Below are positions 18,697-28,393 of a stretch of DNA of 46,056 nucleotides, in pieces. The notes under the pieces were generated by a model. That model saw nothing but the letters and a program-made list of their open reading frames with translations. It made no database searches and was not told the DNA's origin. The position numbers and the translations under genes were made by a program. This stretch comes from Bacteroidota bacterium (GTDB lineage: Bacteria > Bacteroidota > Bacteroidia > UKL13-3). The DNA lies in NCBI GenBank assembly GCA_947459075.1, contig CANHBJ010000003.1:1-46056 (forward strand), given 5' to 3'. Numbering within the stretch: the first letter of the stretch is position 1; every line of letters begins with the position of its first letter.

Positions 18697-21204
18697 TTAT
18701 GCTCCTATTAAATGTACTGGAATATTTTGGCCTGATGACAAGATCAACTCGTACATGTTATCTGCTTTGGGTATCTTAATTTCAAATGGCTCGTAGGTAT
18801 CAAATCTTCCTTTATTGTATCTAAAAAATTCGCCATTTTCTGGGTTAACTACAACCAGATTAATCCATTCATTTTCAAACCATGCTGAAGTTTCTGCTGA
18901 TTGATCAAGTGTTTGTTTAACCACATCGGGTAAATGTTCAATTACCATTAATAACCTAATTGGATCGTGCACTTCTATCATTTGCGATGGTAATCCTGGA
19001 CGTATATCTCCATCTATGCCGTTTGCAACACCAACCAAACCCATTACATTATGAGGTAGTTTACTGCCTGCACCTAACTTCTGGTTATCAACTCTAGAAA
19101 AATAATACTCTAAATTAATGCCACCGCATACAGGTGCTGCCGCCTTTAGTATGTTTAACAGCCATTTACCTTCAGGGTCAATTTTGTAATCATAAGAGTT
19201 CATAAAAGCGCGTCTGTCTAAAAATATGCCATGCGTAATCTCCCTTCTACCTATTATGCATAAGCTATTGGTTGCATGGTTAAGTTCTGGTCGTGGTTCA
19301 AATAGAGAAACAGATCGTGTTTTAATTTTTTCATGTACATATTTTGCAGGTTTTTTTGTATTTACAACTTCAAACCTGCGTGATCGTTCTCTCGCGTTCT
19401 CATCTAGTGCGTTGTTAAATGTGTGTTTGTTTTCTCGGTGAAGATAAATGTGTTTTTCACGTAGGTTTTCTTCATCATAAAAAACCATTTCATCTCTTGT
19501 GGTATCATGTAAAGCGGCTATAAACACTGTATTAACTGGAATGTTTATTCCTGCTATTTTAAGTATTTCTCTAACCTCTGTGTTATTTGCCATTTGGCAA
19601 AAAACACGTGCATTAACTGAACCAGGTCTTCCACTGCAAGCACCGCAATCATATGCAGCATAATGAGGGTTATTTACACTGCTAGAACCATGACCAATAA
19701 CATATACAATTGGTGCAAAATCATGAATTAAACCAATGCTTTTTAATACGGCCTCCAATCTATTTGCCATTTCTAATTGTGAAAAACCAACTTGTAAATT
19801 ATGCAGATTGGGTTGATTAGGATGGTATTCAACGGTAAGTTTAGATAGTTTTTCCATATGCCTTAATGAGGTTGCTGTGGCCGGACTCATGGAAGGTTTA
19901 AACAAGTTGACGCACAATCTTAATGCCGACCAAAACCCTAATGTTTGAGAAATAAGCCAACCTGTAACTAAATTATGTGAGTGCTTACCTAAGTGTACAT
20001 CTTTATCTATCGTTCTGCTGCTATCATATTCCTTTATTAAAAATTTAGGAGTAATTGGTACTGGACATGATTTGGTTAAGAATTTACCATGCTCAGGTTG
20101 ATAATAGAATTCAACACCAAAGTGGCCGGGAGTCCCAAAAGTTTCGCATTTATTGTTTAACTGTTCAACATGTCTTCTTATAGAGCATTCCCTATCATCT
20201 ATACAAAATAATGCTTGAAAGCTTTTATCTTTAATTGATATAGATTTTGTTGATGGAATACTATTTTGTTTTACAGCGCAAAGAATGCTATCGTAATATG
20301 TCCACTCGTAGGCTTCTTGCCACATATTAACTAATTCTTGATATTCGCTTTTGTCAATTGCAGCAAAAAGGCTAGTTGGAGGCATTTCAACTTTTTCAGA
20401 TATCGGCTTCCAATTGTTTCCTAAATAAAAGGTGAGTGAGTCAATTTCTAAAAGTAATTCAAATGCTATAAAATCATGAAGTGTTATGTTGCGCTTATCA
20501 AGTAAAGTTTCTGGTTGATCTTCTATTGTAGCCACTAAACCAGACCAACCTGGATGACTAAATTGCTGATCAAAAAGATAATTCTCGAACCAAATTTCAT
20601 CGCCAACCACTATGTGCAGCAATGCAGGTAACTTACATTGCGAGTGTAGTAATAAATGTCTAGCGCGTTCAGTTTTAAAGAAACTAACATGGCTATTACG
20701 CTCAAGCTCACGTAGAGATGAAAGAAATCCTTTGTGCTCAATTGGAAAATTATCTATAGCAATCCCTTGGTCAAGATAGCTGCATAATATCCTAAATAAT
20801 AAAGGCTGAATCTGATTATCTAAATCAATTCTAAAGGAGTCTTTCCAATACGCGCGTAGCTTGCCAATTTTTATTTTGCATGTTGGTTGAATTGATTTGT
20901 TTAACATTTTCTCTTTCCATTCAACTAAACAATTTTCTCCTTTATATTTAATAATAACATTGTTTAGTATCTTATCATTAATTTCATTTTTCCCATATAA
21001 GTCATTGTACTCGATTAAAGTTAGAAAAGTATTAAATCCGAATATTTCAGTTGCCTGATTTAACCCATCAATAAAGTTTAAGTGTTGAAATGCATGTAAA
21101 GTATTATGATGTACAAAGTCTTTTAATGGTGCCTGACTAGGCAAATAATGCTTGAGATTGTGCAGCACATGCTCTTCTGCAAATGCCGATTTTTTTATAT
21201 CCAT
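18697..21204 (-). CDS. dabA: DabA/MpsB (DUF2309) inorganic carbon transporter subunit
   Basis: PLKDFVHHNTL, HPGWSG, Zn ligands in QALFCIDDRE and GHGSSSVNNPHYAAYDCGACSG, ALHDTT, RPELNHA, LDRRAF, INLEYYFS, GSKLPHNV, HDPIRL. Confidence 0.93.
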   Translation of the reverse strand: MDIKKSAFAEEHVLHNLKHYLPSQAPLKDFVHHNTLHAFQHLNFIDGLNQATEIFGFNTFLTLIEYNDLYGKNEINDKILNNVIIKYKGENCLVEWKEKMLNKSIQPTCKIKIGKLRAYWKDSFRIDLDNQIQPLLFRILCSYLDQGIAIDNFPIEHKGFLSSLRELERNSHVSFFKTERARHLLLHSQCKLPALLHIVVGDEIWFENYLFDQQFSHPGWSGLVATIEDQPETLLDKRNITLHDFIAFELLLEIDSLTFYLGNNWKPISEKVEMPPTSLFAAIDKSEYQELVNMWQEAYEWTYYDSILCAVKQNSIPSTKSISIKDKSFQALFCIDDRECSIRRHVEQLNNKCETFGTPGHFGVEFYYQPEHGKFLTKSCPVPITPKFLIKEYDSSRTIDKDVHLGKHSHNLVTGWLISQTLGFWSALRLCVNLFKPSMSPATATSLRHMEKLSKLTVEYHPNQPNLHNLQVGFSQLEMANRLEAVLKSIGLIHDFAPIVYVIGHGSSSVNNPHYAAYDCGACSGRPGSVNARVFCQMANNTEVREILKIAGINIPVNTVFIAALHDTTRDEMVFYDEENLREKHIYLHRENKHTFNNALDENARERSRRFEVVNTKKPAKYVHEKIKTRSVSLFEPRPELNHATNSLCIIGRREITHGIFLDRRAFMNSYDYKIDPEGKWLLNILKAAAPVCGGINLEYYFSRVDNQKLGAGSKLPHNVMGLVGVANGIDGDIRPGLPSQMIEVHDPIRLLMVIEHLPDVVKQTLDQSAETSAWFENEWINLVVVNPENGEFFRYNKGRFDTYEPFEIKIPKADNMYELILSSGQNIPVHLIGA

Positions 21205-21237
21205 GAAAATAGAATAAAATAATAAATAGGAATTGAG

Positions 21238-21283
21238 ACGATGGCTGTGGTTCGCTATCGTTTTAGCGTGGTTCGCGCCAAAG
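21238..21283. promoter_or_regulatory. Candidate cis-regulatory element upstream of dabA (tandem 9-bp repeat / twin hairpins)
   Basis: gtggttcgc at 21247-21255 and 21268-21276, each lying in a short stem-loop; GC-rich patch in an AT-rich spacer. Confidence 0.45.
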
Positions 21284-21293
21284 CATAAAAATC

Positions 21294-21629
21294 CTAAATA
21301 GTTAGCCGACTAACTAGCAAATATTTCGGGAATATACTCGCTTTATTCAGTTGGAAAATGAGAGCCCTAAGACGCGTATTTACTGACGCACAACTCAATG
21401 AGTTAAACCCAAAAAGCAAAATGAATATTAAACCTAAAGAAGATATTTCTATTTTAATATTACCATCTTCTATCTCTATATCTTCAGATAACAAGAGGGG
21501 TATGCTATGATGTGTATTTTTTACAGAATGGTGGTATACTTTGGCAAAAGGAGTTACAACCTTTGATAACAAAGGAATGACTAAAATCAATAGAGAAAAA
21601 GCTAGAATTAAACTTTTGCTAAAATTCAC
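21294..21629 (-). CDS. Small hypothetical membrane protein heading the dab operon
   Basis: 111-aa ORF with a GTG start, two hydrophobic stretches and a His/acidic linker; coding status uncertain. Confidence 0.45.
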   Translation of the reverse strand: MNFSKSLILAFSLLILVIPLLSKVVTPFAKVYHHSVKNTHHSIPLLLSEDIEIEDGNIKIEISSLGLIFILLFGFNSLSCASVNTRLRALIFQLNKASIFPKYLLVSRLTI

Positions 21630-21633
21630 TTTT

Positions 21634-21641
21634 CAAATGTA
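21634..21641 (-). promoter_or_regulatory. Bacteroidota sigma-70 -7 box, likely dab operon promoter
   Basis: The minus strand reads TACATTTG, matching TAnnTTTG. Confidence 0.6.
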
Positions 21642-21753
21642 ACCTATTTTAGATAAACATTTCATAATATGCTTAAATTAATCATGTAATTTTTAGCTAA
21701 GATTCAATAGCCACCAACAAATATCTTATCTTCACGGCCTAGTATAAAAATAG

Positions 21754-23127
21754 ATGTACAAAACATATAAACCCTATTTTACTCAAATTTTAAGACTTAG
21801 TTATCCTATTATTATTGGACAAATTGGTATTGTTTTAATGGGTGTTGCTGATGTAGTAATGATTGGTAATATTAATGCTACTAATTTGGCGGCAGCAGGT
21901 TTAGCCAACTCTGTTTATTTTTTAGTTTCAATTATTGGTATAGGAACTTTATCTGCAGTATCATCAATTGTTGCTAAAGCTAAAGGGGCTGGACATGCCA
22001 ACGAAACAGCCTTGTTACTCAGGCAAAGTATTTGGGCATCGCTAACATTAAGTTTTTTTATTATAACTGTTTTATACATACTAACAATAAATTTGGAGTG
22101 GTTTGGGCAAAGTGAAGAGGTTACGGTTTTAACAAAATCATACCTGCATATATTAAATGGTGGGACAATTTTTATGTTATTATTTACTGCTGTAAAACAG
22201 TTTAGTGATGGGTTGTCAATAACTAAACCTTCGGCTATTATTACATTATTGGGCTTAGCGCTTAATGTATTTTTAAATTGGGTTTTAATATACGGTAAGT
22301 TTGGCCTACCTGCTTTACAACTTGATGGTGCAGGTTATGCTACTTCTTTTACCCGATTGCTAATGGCATTGGCTATGTTAGTTTTTGTTTTAAAAGGTAA
22401 TATATATAAACCGTGGATTAAAATTAAAGAGCAAATCGGGGGCTTAAGTTTATTTAAAAACATCTTCCGTATCGGGTTGCCATCGGGTATGCAATATTTT
22501 TTCGAGGTGGGCGCATTTGCTTCAGCAGCAATTATGATAGGCTGGTTTAGTAAAGAGCAACTTGCGGCTCATCATATCGCTATTAATCTTGCATCGGTTA
22601 CCTATATGGTTGCAACAGGAATATCAGCAGGAGGCGGAATTGCCGTTGGAGATGCTTGGGGGCGCAAGAATAAAACAGACCTTATTATGTCGGGTAAGGC
22701 AGCATTGATTATGAGTGTGTTATTTATGGGAAGTACCGCATTGTTATTTGCTGTATTTAATACTTTTTTTGTTGGTTTATATATTGATGATGTATTGGTT
22801 GGTGGTATGGCCGCAAATCTGCTTTTAATTGCTGCATTGTTTCAACTTAGCGATGGTGTACAATGTGTAAGTCTTGGTATTTTACGTGGAATCAATGATA
22901 CAAAAATGCCAACAGTTTATACTGTGATAGCTTATTGGGTAATTGGTATTCCATTCGGTTGGTTATTGGCAAAATATTTCGATTTGGGATTATATGGAAT
23001 TTGGTTTGGTTTAAGTTTAGGTTTAACCTACTCGGCAATTATTTTAAGCCGTAGGTTTTTAAAAGAATCGCAGGAGTTTGATTTTGTGAAAGCAGAACAA
23101 CAACACTATAACGAACTTATCAATTAA
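21754..23127 (+). CDS. MATE family efflux transporter (NorM-like)
   Basis: MGVADVVMIG, LNVFLNWVLIYG, GLPSGMQYFFEVGAF, LAAHHIA, FQLSDGVQ...LRG. Confidence 0.95.
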   Translation: MYKTYKPYFTQILRLSYPIIIGQIGIVLMGVADVVMIGNINATNLAAAGLANSVYFLVSIIGIGTLSAVSSIVAKAKGAGHANETALLLRQSIWASLTLSFFIITVLYILTINLEWFGQSEEVTVLTKSYLHILNGGTIFMLLFTAVKQFSDGLSITKPSAIITLLGLALNVFLNWVLIYGKFGLPALQLDGAGYATSFTRLLMALAMLVFVLKGNIYKPWIKIKEQIGGLSLFKNIFRIGLPSGMQYFFEVGAFASAAIMIGWFSKEQLAAHHIAINLASVTYMVATGISAGGGIAVGDAWGRKNKTDLIMSGKAALIMSVLFMGSTALLFAVFNTFFVGLYIDDVLVGGMAANLLLIAALFQLSDGVQCVSLGILRGINDTKMPTVYTVIAYWVIGIPFGWLLAKYFDLGLYGIWFGLSLGLTYSAIILSRRFLKESQEFDFVKAEQQHYNELIN

Positions 23128-23129
23128 TC

Positions 23130-24062
23130 ATGAATTCAAACATTAAAGTGCACTTAGCGCTGTTTACCGTATCGTTGATTTATGGTGCTACATTTACAAT
23201 TGCCAAACAAGTGATGCCAACATATATTCAGCCTTTTGCTTTTATATTGATGCGCGTTTCAGTTGCGGCTATTTTTATCTTCATTTTCCATTCTATTTTC
23301 ATCAAAACAAAAATTACTGATTGGCGCGATATGAAGCAACTTTTTGTGAGTGCGTTATTTGGCGTTGCTTTTAATATGCTGCTTTTTTTCAAAGGACTTT
23401 CAATCACAACACCAATTAATGGCGCAGTACTAATGATGAATACCCCAATATTTGTTGTGGTATTTGCTGCCTTATATTTAAAAGAAAAAATCACCTATCA
23501 AAAAGTTATAGGTATTTTAATTGCTGCATTTGGTGCAGTTTTATTAATGGGTGGGGCAAGTTTTAACTTTAGCGGGCAAACAATTTGGGGAGATGTTATG
23601 GTTACAGCCAATGCCATTATTTATGCATTTTATCTTGTATATGCTAAGTCGCTTATGCAAAAGTATCACCCACTAACAGTTACTATGTGGAGTTTTTTAT
23701 TCGGTTGGTTAGTGGTTTTGCCTTTTGGTGCAGGAGAGTTTATGGAAATTAACTTCAATAATTTTACTCCCAAAATATGGCTATTTGTGGCTTTTGTAAC
23801 AATTGGCTCTACATTTTTAACCTATGTATTAAATGCTTATGCCCTTCGTAAGGCTAGTTCGTCTTTGGTTGGAAGTTATATTTACCTACAACCTGTATTG
23901 GCTACTTTAATTGCTATTTTATCGGGAAAGGATTTGCTTACGCTTGAAAAACTTATTTATGTTATGGTTATTTTTTTGGGAGTATTCCTGGTGAGTTGGA
24001 AAAAGAATTTATTAGAGGCATCACCACAAAATACATACAGTAAAAAAAATGCCTCGAAGTAA
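23130..24062 (+). CDS. DMT/EamA family transporter
   Basis: About 10 TM helices in two repeats, TPIFVVVFAALYLKEKI, YIYLQPVLA. Confidence 0.92.
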   Translation: MNSNIKVHLALFTVSLIYGATFTIAKQVMPTYIQPFAFILMRVSVAAIFIFIFHSIFIKTKITDWRDMKQLFVSALFGVAFNMLLFFKGLSITTPINGAVLMMNTPIFVVVFAALYLKEKITYQKVIGILIAAFGAVLLMGGASFNFSGQTIWGDVMVTANAIIYAFYLVYAKSLMQKYHPLTVTMWSFLFGWLVVLPFGAGEFMEINFNNFTPKIWLFVAFVTIGSTFLTYVLNAYALRKASSSLVGSYIYLQPVLATLIAILSGKDLLTLEKLIYVMVIFLGVFLVSWKKNLLEASPQNTYSKKNASK

Positions 24063-24080
24063 TTACTTCGAGGCATTTTT
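24045..24080. terminator. Bidirectional terminator (perfect 36-bp palindrome)
   Basis: aaaaatgcctcgaagtaa|ttacttcgaggcattttt, between convergent genes and overlapping the EamA stop. Confidence 0.85.
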
Positions 24081-24098
24081 ATATTTTATAATTTTCTA

Positions 24099-24794
24099 TT
24101 ACCAATCTTCTTCATCTACAATAATAGGATCTTTCATGTGTTTGGTGAAATCTTCCATTAGTCTTTTAATATCGGTGTCTGCATCACGCAATACTTTATC
24201 ATAGGTTTTTACAGATTTTGGTGATGTATAATAGAATTCAAAATAATTACGAATAGCATTACCGTTATTAGGTTTAATACCTTCATGAACCAAATTACTT
24301 ATTTGGTATTTATAACGTCCTTCTTTTATCCATACTGTAACTTTAAATTGATGCTTACCAATTGGTCGTTTAGTGTACTTACTACTGTAGTTGTAAGCCG
24401 AAATTACTCCGTTAATCACTAACTTTTGATTTTTCTTATCAATTTCAAATAACGTTTTCTCGTTTTTACTAAATCTTAATTGAGCCCATCGTTTAGCCCT
24501 AACATATAAAGAATCTGATCCAGTTTCTTCTTGTTCAACCACACCTAAGTAGGTAATTAGATTAGTTACTGAATCTATGTTTAATACAATACGTTCAAAT
24601 GGTTTTGCTAAAACCCCAGCATCTTGAGCGGGTTCTATCGGATTGCCATTTTCGTCATATTGCTGCTCTTCCTGTTTGGTGCTATCAGGGGTTTCGCTTG
24701 TTTGTGGATCACTTGTTTCTTCCGGGTTCTGTATTTGACCAAAGCCCACTAAACTTATCACACTAAATACAAATAATAGGATTACTTTTTTCAT
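24099..24794 (-). CDS. Exported protein, DUF4468-like
   Basis: Signal peptide, acidic linker, then SLYVRAKRWA...DKKNQKLVING...IKEGRYKYQISN. Confidence 0.65.
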   Translation of the reverse strand: MKKVILLFVFSVISLVGFGQIQNPEETSDPQTSETPDSTKQEEQQYDENGNPIEPAQDAGVLAKPFERIVLNIDSVTNLITYLGVVEQEETGSDSLYVRAKRWAQLRFSKNEKTLFEIDKKNQKLVINGVISAYNYSSKYTKRPIGKHQFKVTVWIKEGRYKYQISNLVHEGIKPNNGNAIRNYFEFYYTSPKSVKTYDKVLRDADTDIKRLMEDFTKHMKDPIIVDEEDW

Positions 24795-24957
24795 TCTCTG
24801 TCTTTTGCTAATTAACTCAATTATGTTGATGTTATCGGTTTTTCAAAAATAGAAAATCATTTTGTTTTTCAAACCCCAATGTAAACGATATTTTTGGTGT
24901 GCTGTTTACAAAACTAAACGTATGCACTTTTAGTTTAATATTTGCAGCCTTAAAATT

Positions 24958-26670
24958 ATGCAGCAACACGTACACTCTATAGCCATAACTTGTGGTTTAC
25001 TTGGCATTAAACATGTGGTAATCAGTCCTGGATCTCGTTCTGCGCCATTGGTTTTGGCTTTTGCCCAGCACCATAATTTTAATATTCATGTTGCTATTGA
25101 TGAGAGGAGTGCTGCCTATATGGCCTTGGGTATGGCCCAACAAAAACAAATACCAGTTGTGCTAATTTGTACCTCTGGAACAGCTGTAGCTAATTATTAC
25201 CCTGCTGTAGCTGAGGCTTTTTATCAAAAAATACCGCTTTTATTACTTACAGCTGATCGCCCTTATGATTTACTTGACCAACAAGATGGGCAAATGATTA
25301 ATCAGAAAAACCTATTTGCGCACCACGTTAGGGCCTTTTATCAACTTAGTTGTTACCCTCATGGGGCTGAAAATCATCGTGAAACAACAGTTTTAGTTGC
25401 CGAAGCAATTGGGTTGACAACTTTCCCTGCAAAAGGGCCAGTACATATTAATGTACCTTTAAAAGAACCCCTTTATCCAAAAGCTATTCTGCCTAATCAC
25501 ATTCAAAAGCTTGAAAAAAGTATTCTCAAGTGGTTAACTAGTCACGTTTATAAGCCATTAGACGGCATTTCTAACAATGATTTTATTGAACTAGAACAAG
25601 CATGGATTAGTGCACCGAAAAAGATAATTTTAATAGGGCAAGGAGCTATGCACGATAAATGGATTACACCATTAATGGCATTAAAGGATCAAGCAGATGT
25701 GGTAATTATTGCAGATGTTGTGAGTAATAAACATGCTATGGCCAATGTGCACCATGTAGATAAATTACTTGGTTCGGTTGATGATAAAATACTAAAAGAA
25801 CTATCACCTGATTTATTGATAAGCTTTGGTGGTCCTGTATTATCAAAAAGTTTAAAAAACTGGCTAAAGCAACAAAAACCTACTTGGCATTTTCGTATTC
25901 AACAAGAACCTGAGCAAATTAACACATATAACAACGTTACCAAATTCTTAAGGGTTGATGTTTTTGAAACATTACAGCAGATAGCTTCGATTAAGTGGAA
26001 TAATAATCACAAGCCTGATTCCATCTTTATTAACAAATGGAAGAAAGTGTCTTTGGATATTGAAAAAAAAATTACCGCATTTGTACAAAAACCTATTTGG
26101 AGTGAATTACACGTAACGCATTATTTATTAAATCATATTCCTGATTGTTCTAATTTACAATTGGCTAATAGTAGCGTGGTGCGTTATGTTAGTTGGCTTG
26201 ATATGTTAAACAAAAGCTGGATTGTAAATAGTAATAGAGGAACAAGTGGTATAGATGGTTGTACAAGCACTGCTTTAGGTGCTGCAAAAGTAAATTTAAG
26301 ACCAACTATTTTACTAACTGGAGATATTGCCTTTTTATATGATAAAAATGCGTTTTGGTTGAATGATATTCCTCAAAATTTACGTGTGGTTGTTTTTAAT
26401 AATGGTGGTGGTGGAATATTTACTTTAATTGACGGACCAACTCATCATAAACAGTTTACACACTTGTTTACTACACCGCACCAACACAATGTAAAATCTG
26501 TTGCTGTTGATAATGGTTTAGATTATTACTTTTGCGAATCTTACAGCAACTTAAATAAAGTACTCAATCAGTTTTTTGAACCAACAAATGGTGCTGCAGT
26601 ATTAGAATTAAAGTTTGATATGAAGAAAAACGCTAAAATATTCGAAGCATTTAAAAAGATAAAACTATAA
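24958..26670 (+). CDS. menD: SEPHCHC synthase
   Basis: SPGSRSAPL, DERSAAY, CTSGTA, LTADRP, GPVHIN, NRGTSGIDG, GDIAFLYD, NNGGGGIF. Confidence 0.96.
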   Translation: MQQHVHSIAITCGLLGIKHVVISPGSRSAPLVLAFAQHHNFNIHVAIDERSAAYMALGMAQQKQIPVVLICTSGTAVANYYPAVAEAFYQKIPLLLLTADRPYDLLDQQDGQMINQKNLFAHHVRAFYQLSCYPHGAENHRETTVLVAEAIGLTTFPAKGPVHINVPLKEPLYPKAILPNHIQKLEKSILKWLTSHVYKPLDGISNNDFIELEQAWISAPKKIILIGQGAMHDKWITPLMALKDQADVVIIADVVSNKHAMANVHHVDKLLGSVDDKILKELSPDLLISFGGPVLSKSLKNWLKQQKPTWHFRIQQEPEQINTYNNVTKFLRVDVFETLQQIASIKWNNNHKPDSIFINKWKKVSLDIEKKITAFVQKPIWSELHVTHYLLNHIPDCSNLQLANSSVVRYVSWLDMLNKSWIVNSNRGTSGIDGCTSTALGAAKVNLRPTILLTGDIAFLYDKNAFWLNDIPQNLRVVVFNNGGGGIFTLIDGPTHHKQFTHLFTTPHQHNVKSVAVDNGLDYYFCESYSNLNKVLNQFFEPTNGAAVLELKFDMKKNAKIFEAFKKIKL

Positions 26671-26685
26671 AATAAAGATAATAAC

Positions 26686-27510
26686 ATGGAAAGTAAATAT
26701 GCTTGGCAAACCATTAAAGAATATCAAGAAATTAAATATTCTTTTTTTGAAGGTGTAGCTAAAATTAGTATCAACCGTCCGGAAAAGCATAACGCCTTTA
26801 CCCCATTAACCGTAAAGGAAATGAGTGAAGCTATGGAATTAGCCCGCCAAGATGAGAATGTGTACTGTGTAATCTTAACAGGTGAAGGTGGAAAAGCATT
26901 TTGTAGTGGTGGCGATCAAAGCGTTCGTGGGCACGGTGGTTATGTTGGTAATGATGGCATTCCTCGTTTAAATGTGCTGGATTTACAAATGCAAATTCGC
27001 AGGATACCCAAACCTGTAATTGCCATGGTTGCAGGATATGCAATTGGAGGCGGACATGTGTTGCACGTGATTTGCGATTTAACTATTGCTGCAGAAAACG
27101 CTAAATTTGGTCAAACAGGTCCTAAAGTTGGTAGTTTTGACGGTGGTTTTGGTGCGGGTTATTTGGCGCGTTTAGTTGGGCAAAAGAAGGCACGTGAAAT
27201 TTGGTTTTTGTGTGATCAATACAACGCACAAGAAGCATTAGATATGGGTTTGGTAAATAAAGTTGTTCCGCTAGAAATGCTTGAGGATGCTACTTTAGAT
27301 TGGTGCCGTAAGATTATGGAGAAAAGTCCTATTGCATTGCGAATGCTTAAAAGTGCATTTAATGCTGAATTGGACGGACAAGCGGGTATACAAGAGTTGG
27401 CTGGTAACAGTACGTTGTTGTATTATATGAGTGATGAAGCCAAAGAAGGCAAAAACTCTTTCTTAGAAAAACGCAAACCAGATTTTAAAAAGTTTCCTAA
27501 GTTCCCTTAG
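26686..27510 (+). CDS. menB: 1,4-dihydroxy-2-naphthoyl-CoA synthase
   Basis: [39 protein letters not shown]. Confidence 0.98.
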   Translation: MESKYAWQTIKEYQEIKYSFFEGVAKISINRPEKHNAFTPLTVKEMSEAMELARQDENVYCVILTGEGGKAFCSGGDQSVRGHGGYVGNDGIPRLNVLDLQMQIRRIPKPVIAMVAGYAIGGGHVLHVICDLTIAAENAKFGQTGPKVGSFDGGFGAGYLARLVGQKKAREIWFLCDQYNAQEALDMGLVNKVVPLEMLEDATLDWCRKIMEKSPIALRMLKSAFNAELDGQAGIQELAGNSTLLYYMSDEAKEGKNSFLEKRKPDFKKFPKFP

Positions 27511-27535
27511 TACTTAAGGCATAATACTTAAATTT

Positions 27536-27571
27536 AAAAGCCCCAGTTGATATAATCATCTGGGGCTTTTT
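27536..27571. terminator. Bidirectional terminator
   Basis: aaaagccccag...ctggggcttttt. Confidence 0.8.
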
Positions 27572-27588
27572 GTAATTTTAAAATTTTT

Positions 27589-28383
27589 TTATCCTTTAGA
27601 TTGTTCGGGTAAAGAATTCAATATTCCATCCCAAAGTTCAAGTCTTGCTTGTAAACTTTTCTTCACCCAAAATTCAGCTTCAGCAATTTTTATTTCGTCA
27701 TTTCCGCATAGCTCTTCAGTCATGGCTAATGCAAGATGGCTGTGATGATCCCCATCAACTTCAATATGTCTTTCTAAATAGTATTTAAATGTACTGAATT
27801 GACCATTGCTTTTTTGATTGAGGTCGTTAACCAATCCAATAAACATTGCCGGAATTAGATCTTCTCTACCAAAGGTAAAAACTGCTGCCATTACATGTGG
27901 CTTATTCGTAGCAATTACATCAAAGGTGGTTTTTACAAATTGCCTTACAGATGGAACTTTAATTTCGTTTAACGCATCTTCAATCAACTTCCCATTTCGC
28001 AGCATATTTACAAAACTTTCAATCGTTTTTGTATCCGCCTTGGCCTGTGTCATACTATTAAGGTATAACTCAAAATGACTGGTTCTATTGCCGTGCTCAT
28101 CCACATCACTTTCTTCACCTACAACAATTTCATTTATCAAATACCTGGTTGATGCATTGCCAACAGGAAACCAAGGAATATTTACATTGGTTAAATGAAT
28201 TTGCAAACTTTTTAGTAAACTCATAAAGTCCCAAACGGCAAATACATGTTGTTCCATAAACAACCTCACATCATCGGGATGATGCATGCGTTTATATAAC
28301 GGGTGATCAATAAGCTTTTCTTTTTGAGCTAAAGTGTTGTCTTGGATAATCGTTGTTCCTTTATTCATATTTCGGTTGATCAA
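27589..28383 (-). CDS. DUF3050 family protein (heme-oxygenase-like dimetal fold)
   Basis: FMEQHVFAVWDFMSLLKSLQ, INEIVVGEESD, SHFELY, FTFGRED, YLERHIEVDGDHH; the start may be 28368. Confidence 0.88.
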   Translation of the reverse strand: MINRNMNKGTTIIQDNTLAQKEKLIDHPLYKRMHHPDDVRLFMEQHVFAVWDFMSLLKSLQIHLTNVNIPWFPVGNASTRYLINEIVVGEESDVDEHGNRTSHFELYLNSMTQAKADTKTIESFVNMLRNGKLIEDALNEIKVPSVRQFVKTTFDVIATNKPHVMAAVFTFGREDLIPAMFIGLVNDLNQKSNGQFSTFKYYLERHIEVDGDHHSHLALAMTEELCGNDEIKIAEAEFWVKKSLQARLELWDGILNSLPEQSKG

Positions 28384-28393
28384 CTTGGGTTGA

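Noticed and set aside
21247-21276. GGTTCG resembling a tRNA T-loop, or a mini-CRISPR repeat
   Set aside because: No cloverleaf or GGTTCGAATCC arm; only two 9-bp copies and no cas genes.
24045-24080. Perfect palindrome as a MITE or REP element
   Set aside because: Single copy between convergent genes with A/T tails; adequately explained as a bidirectional terminator.
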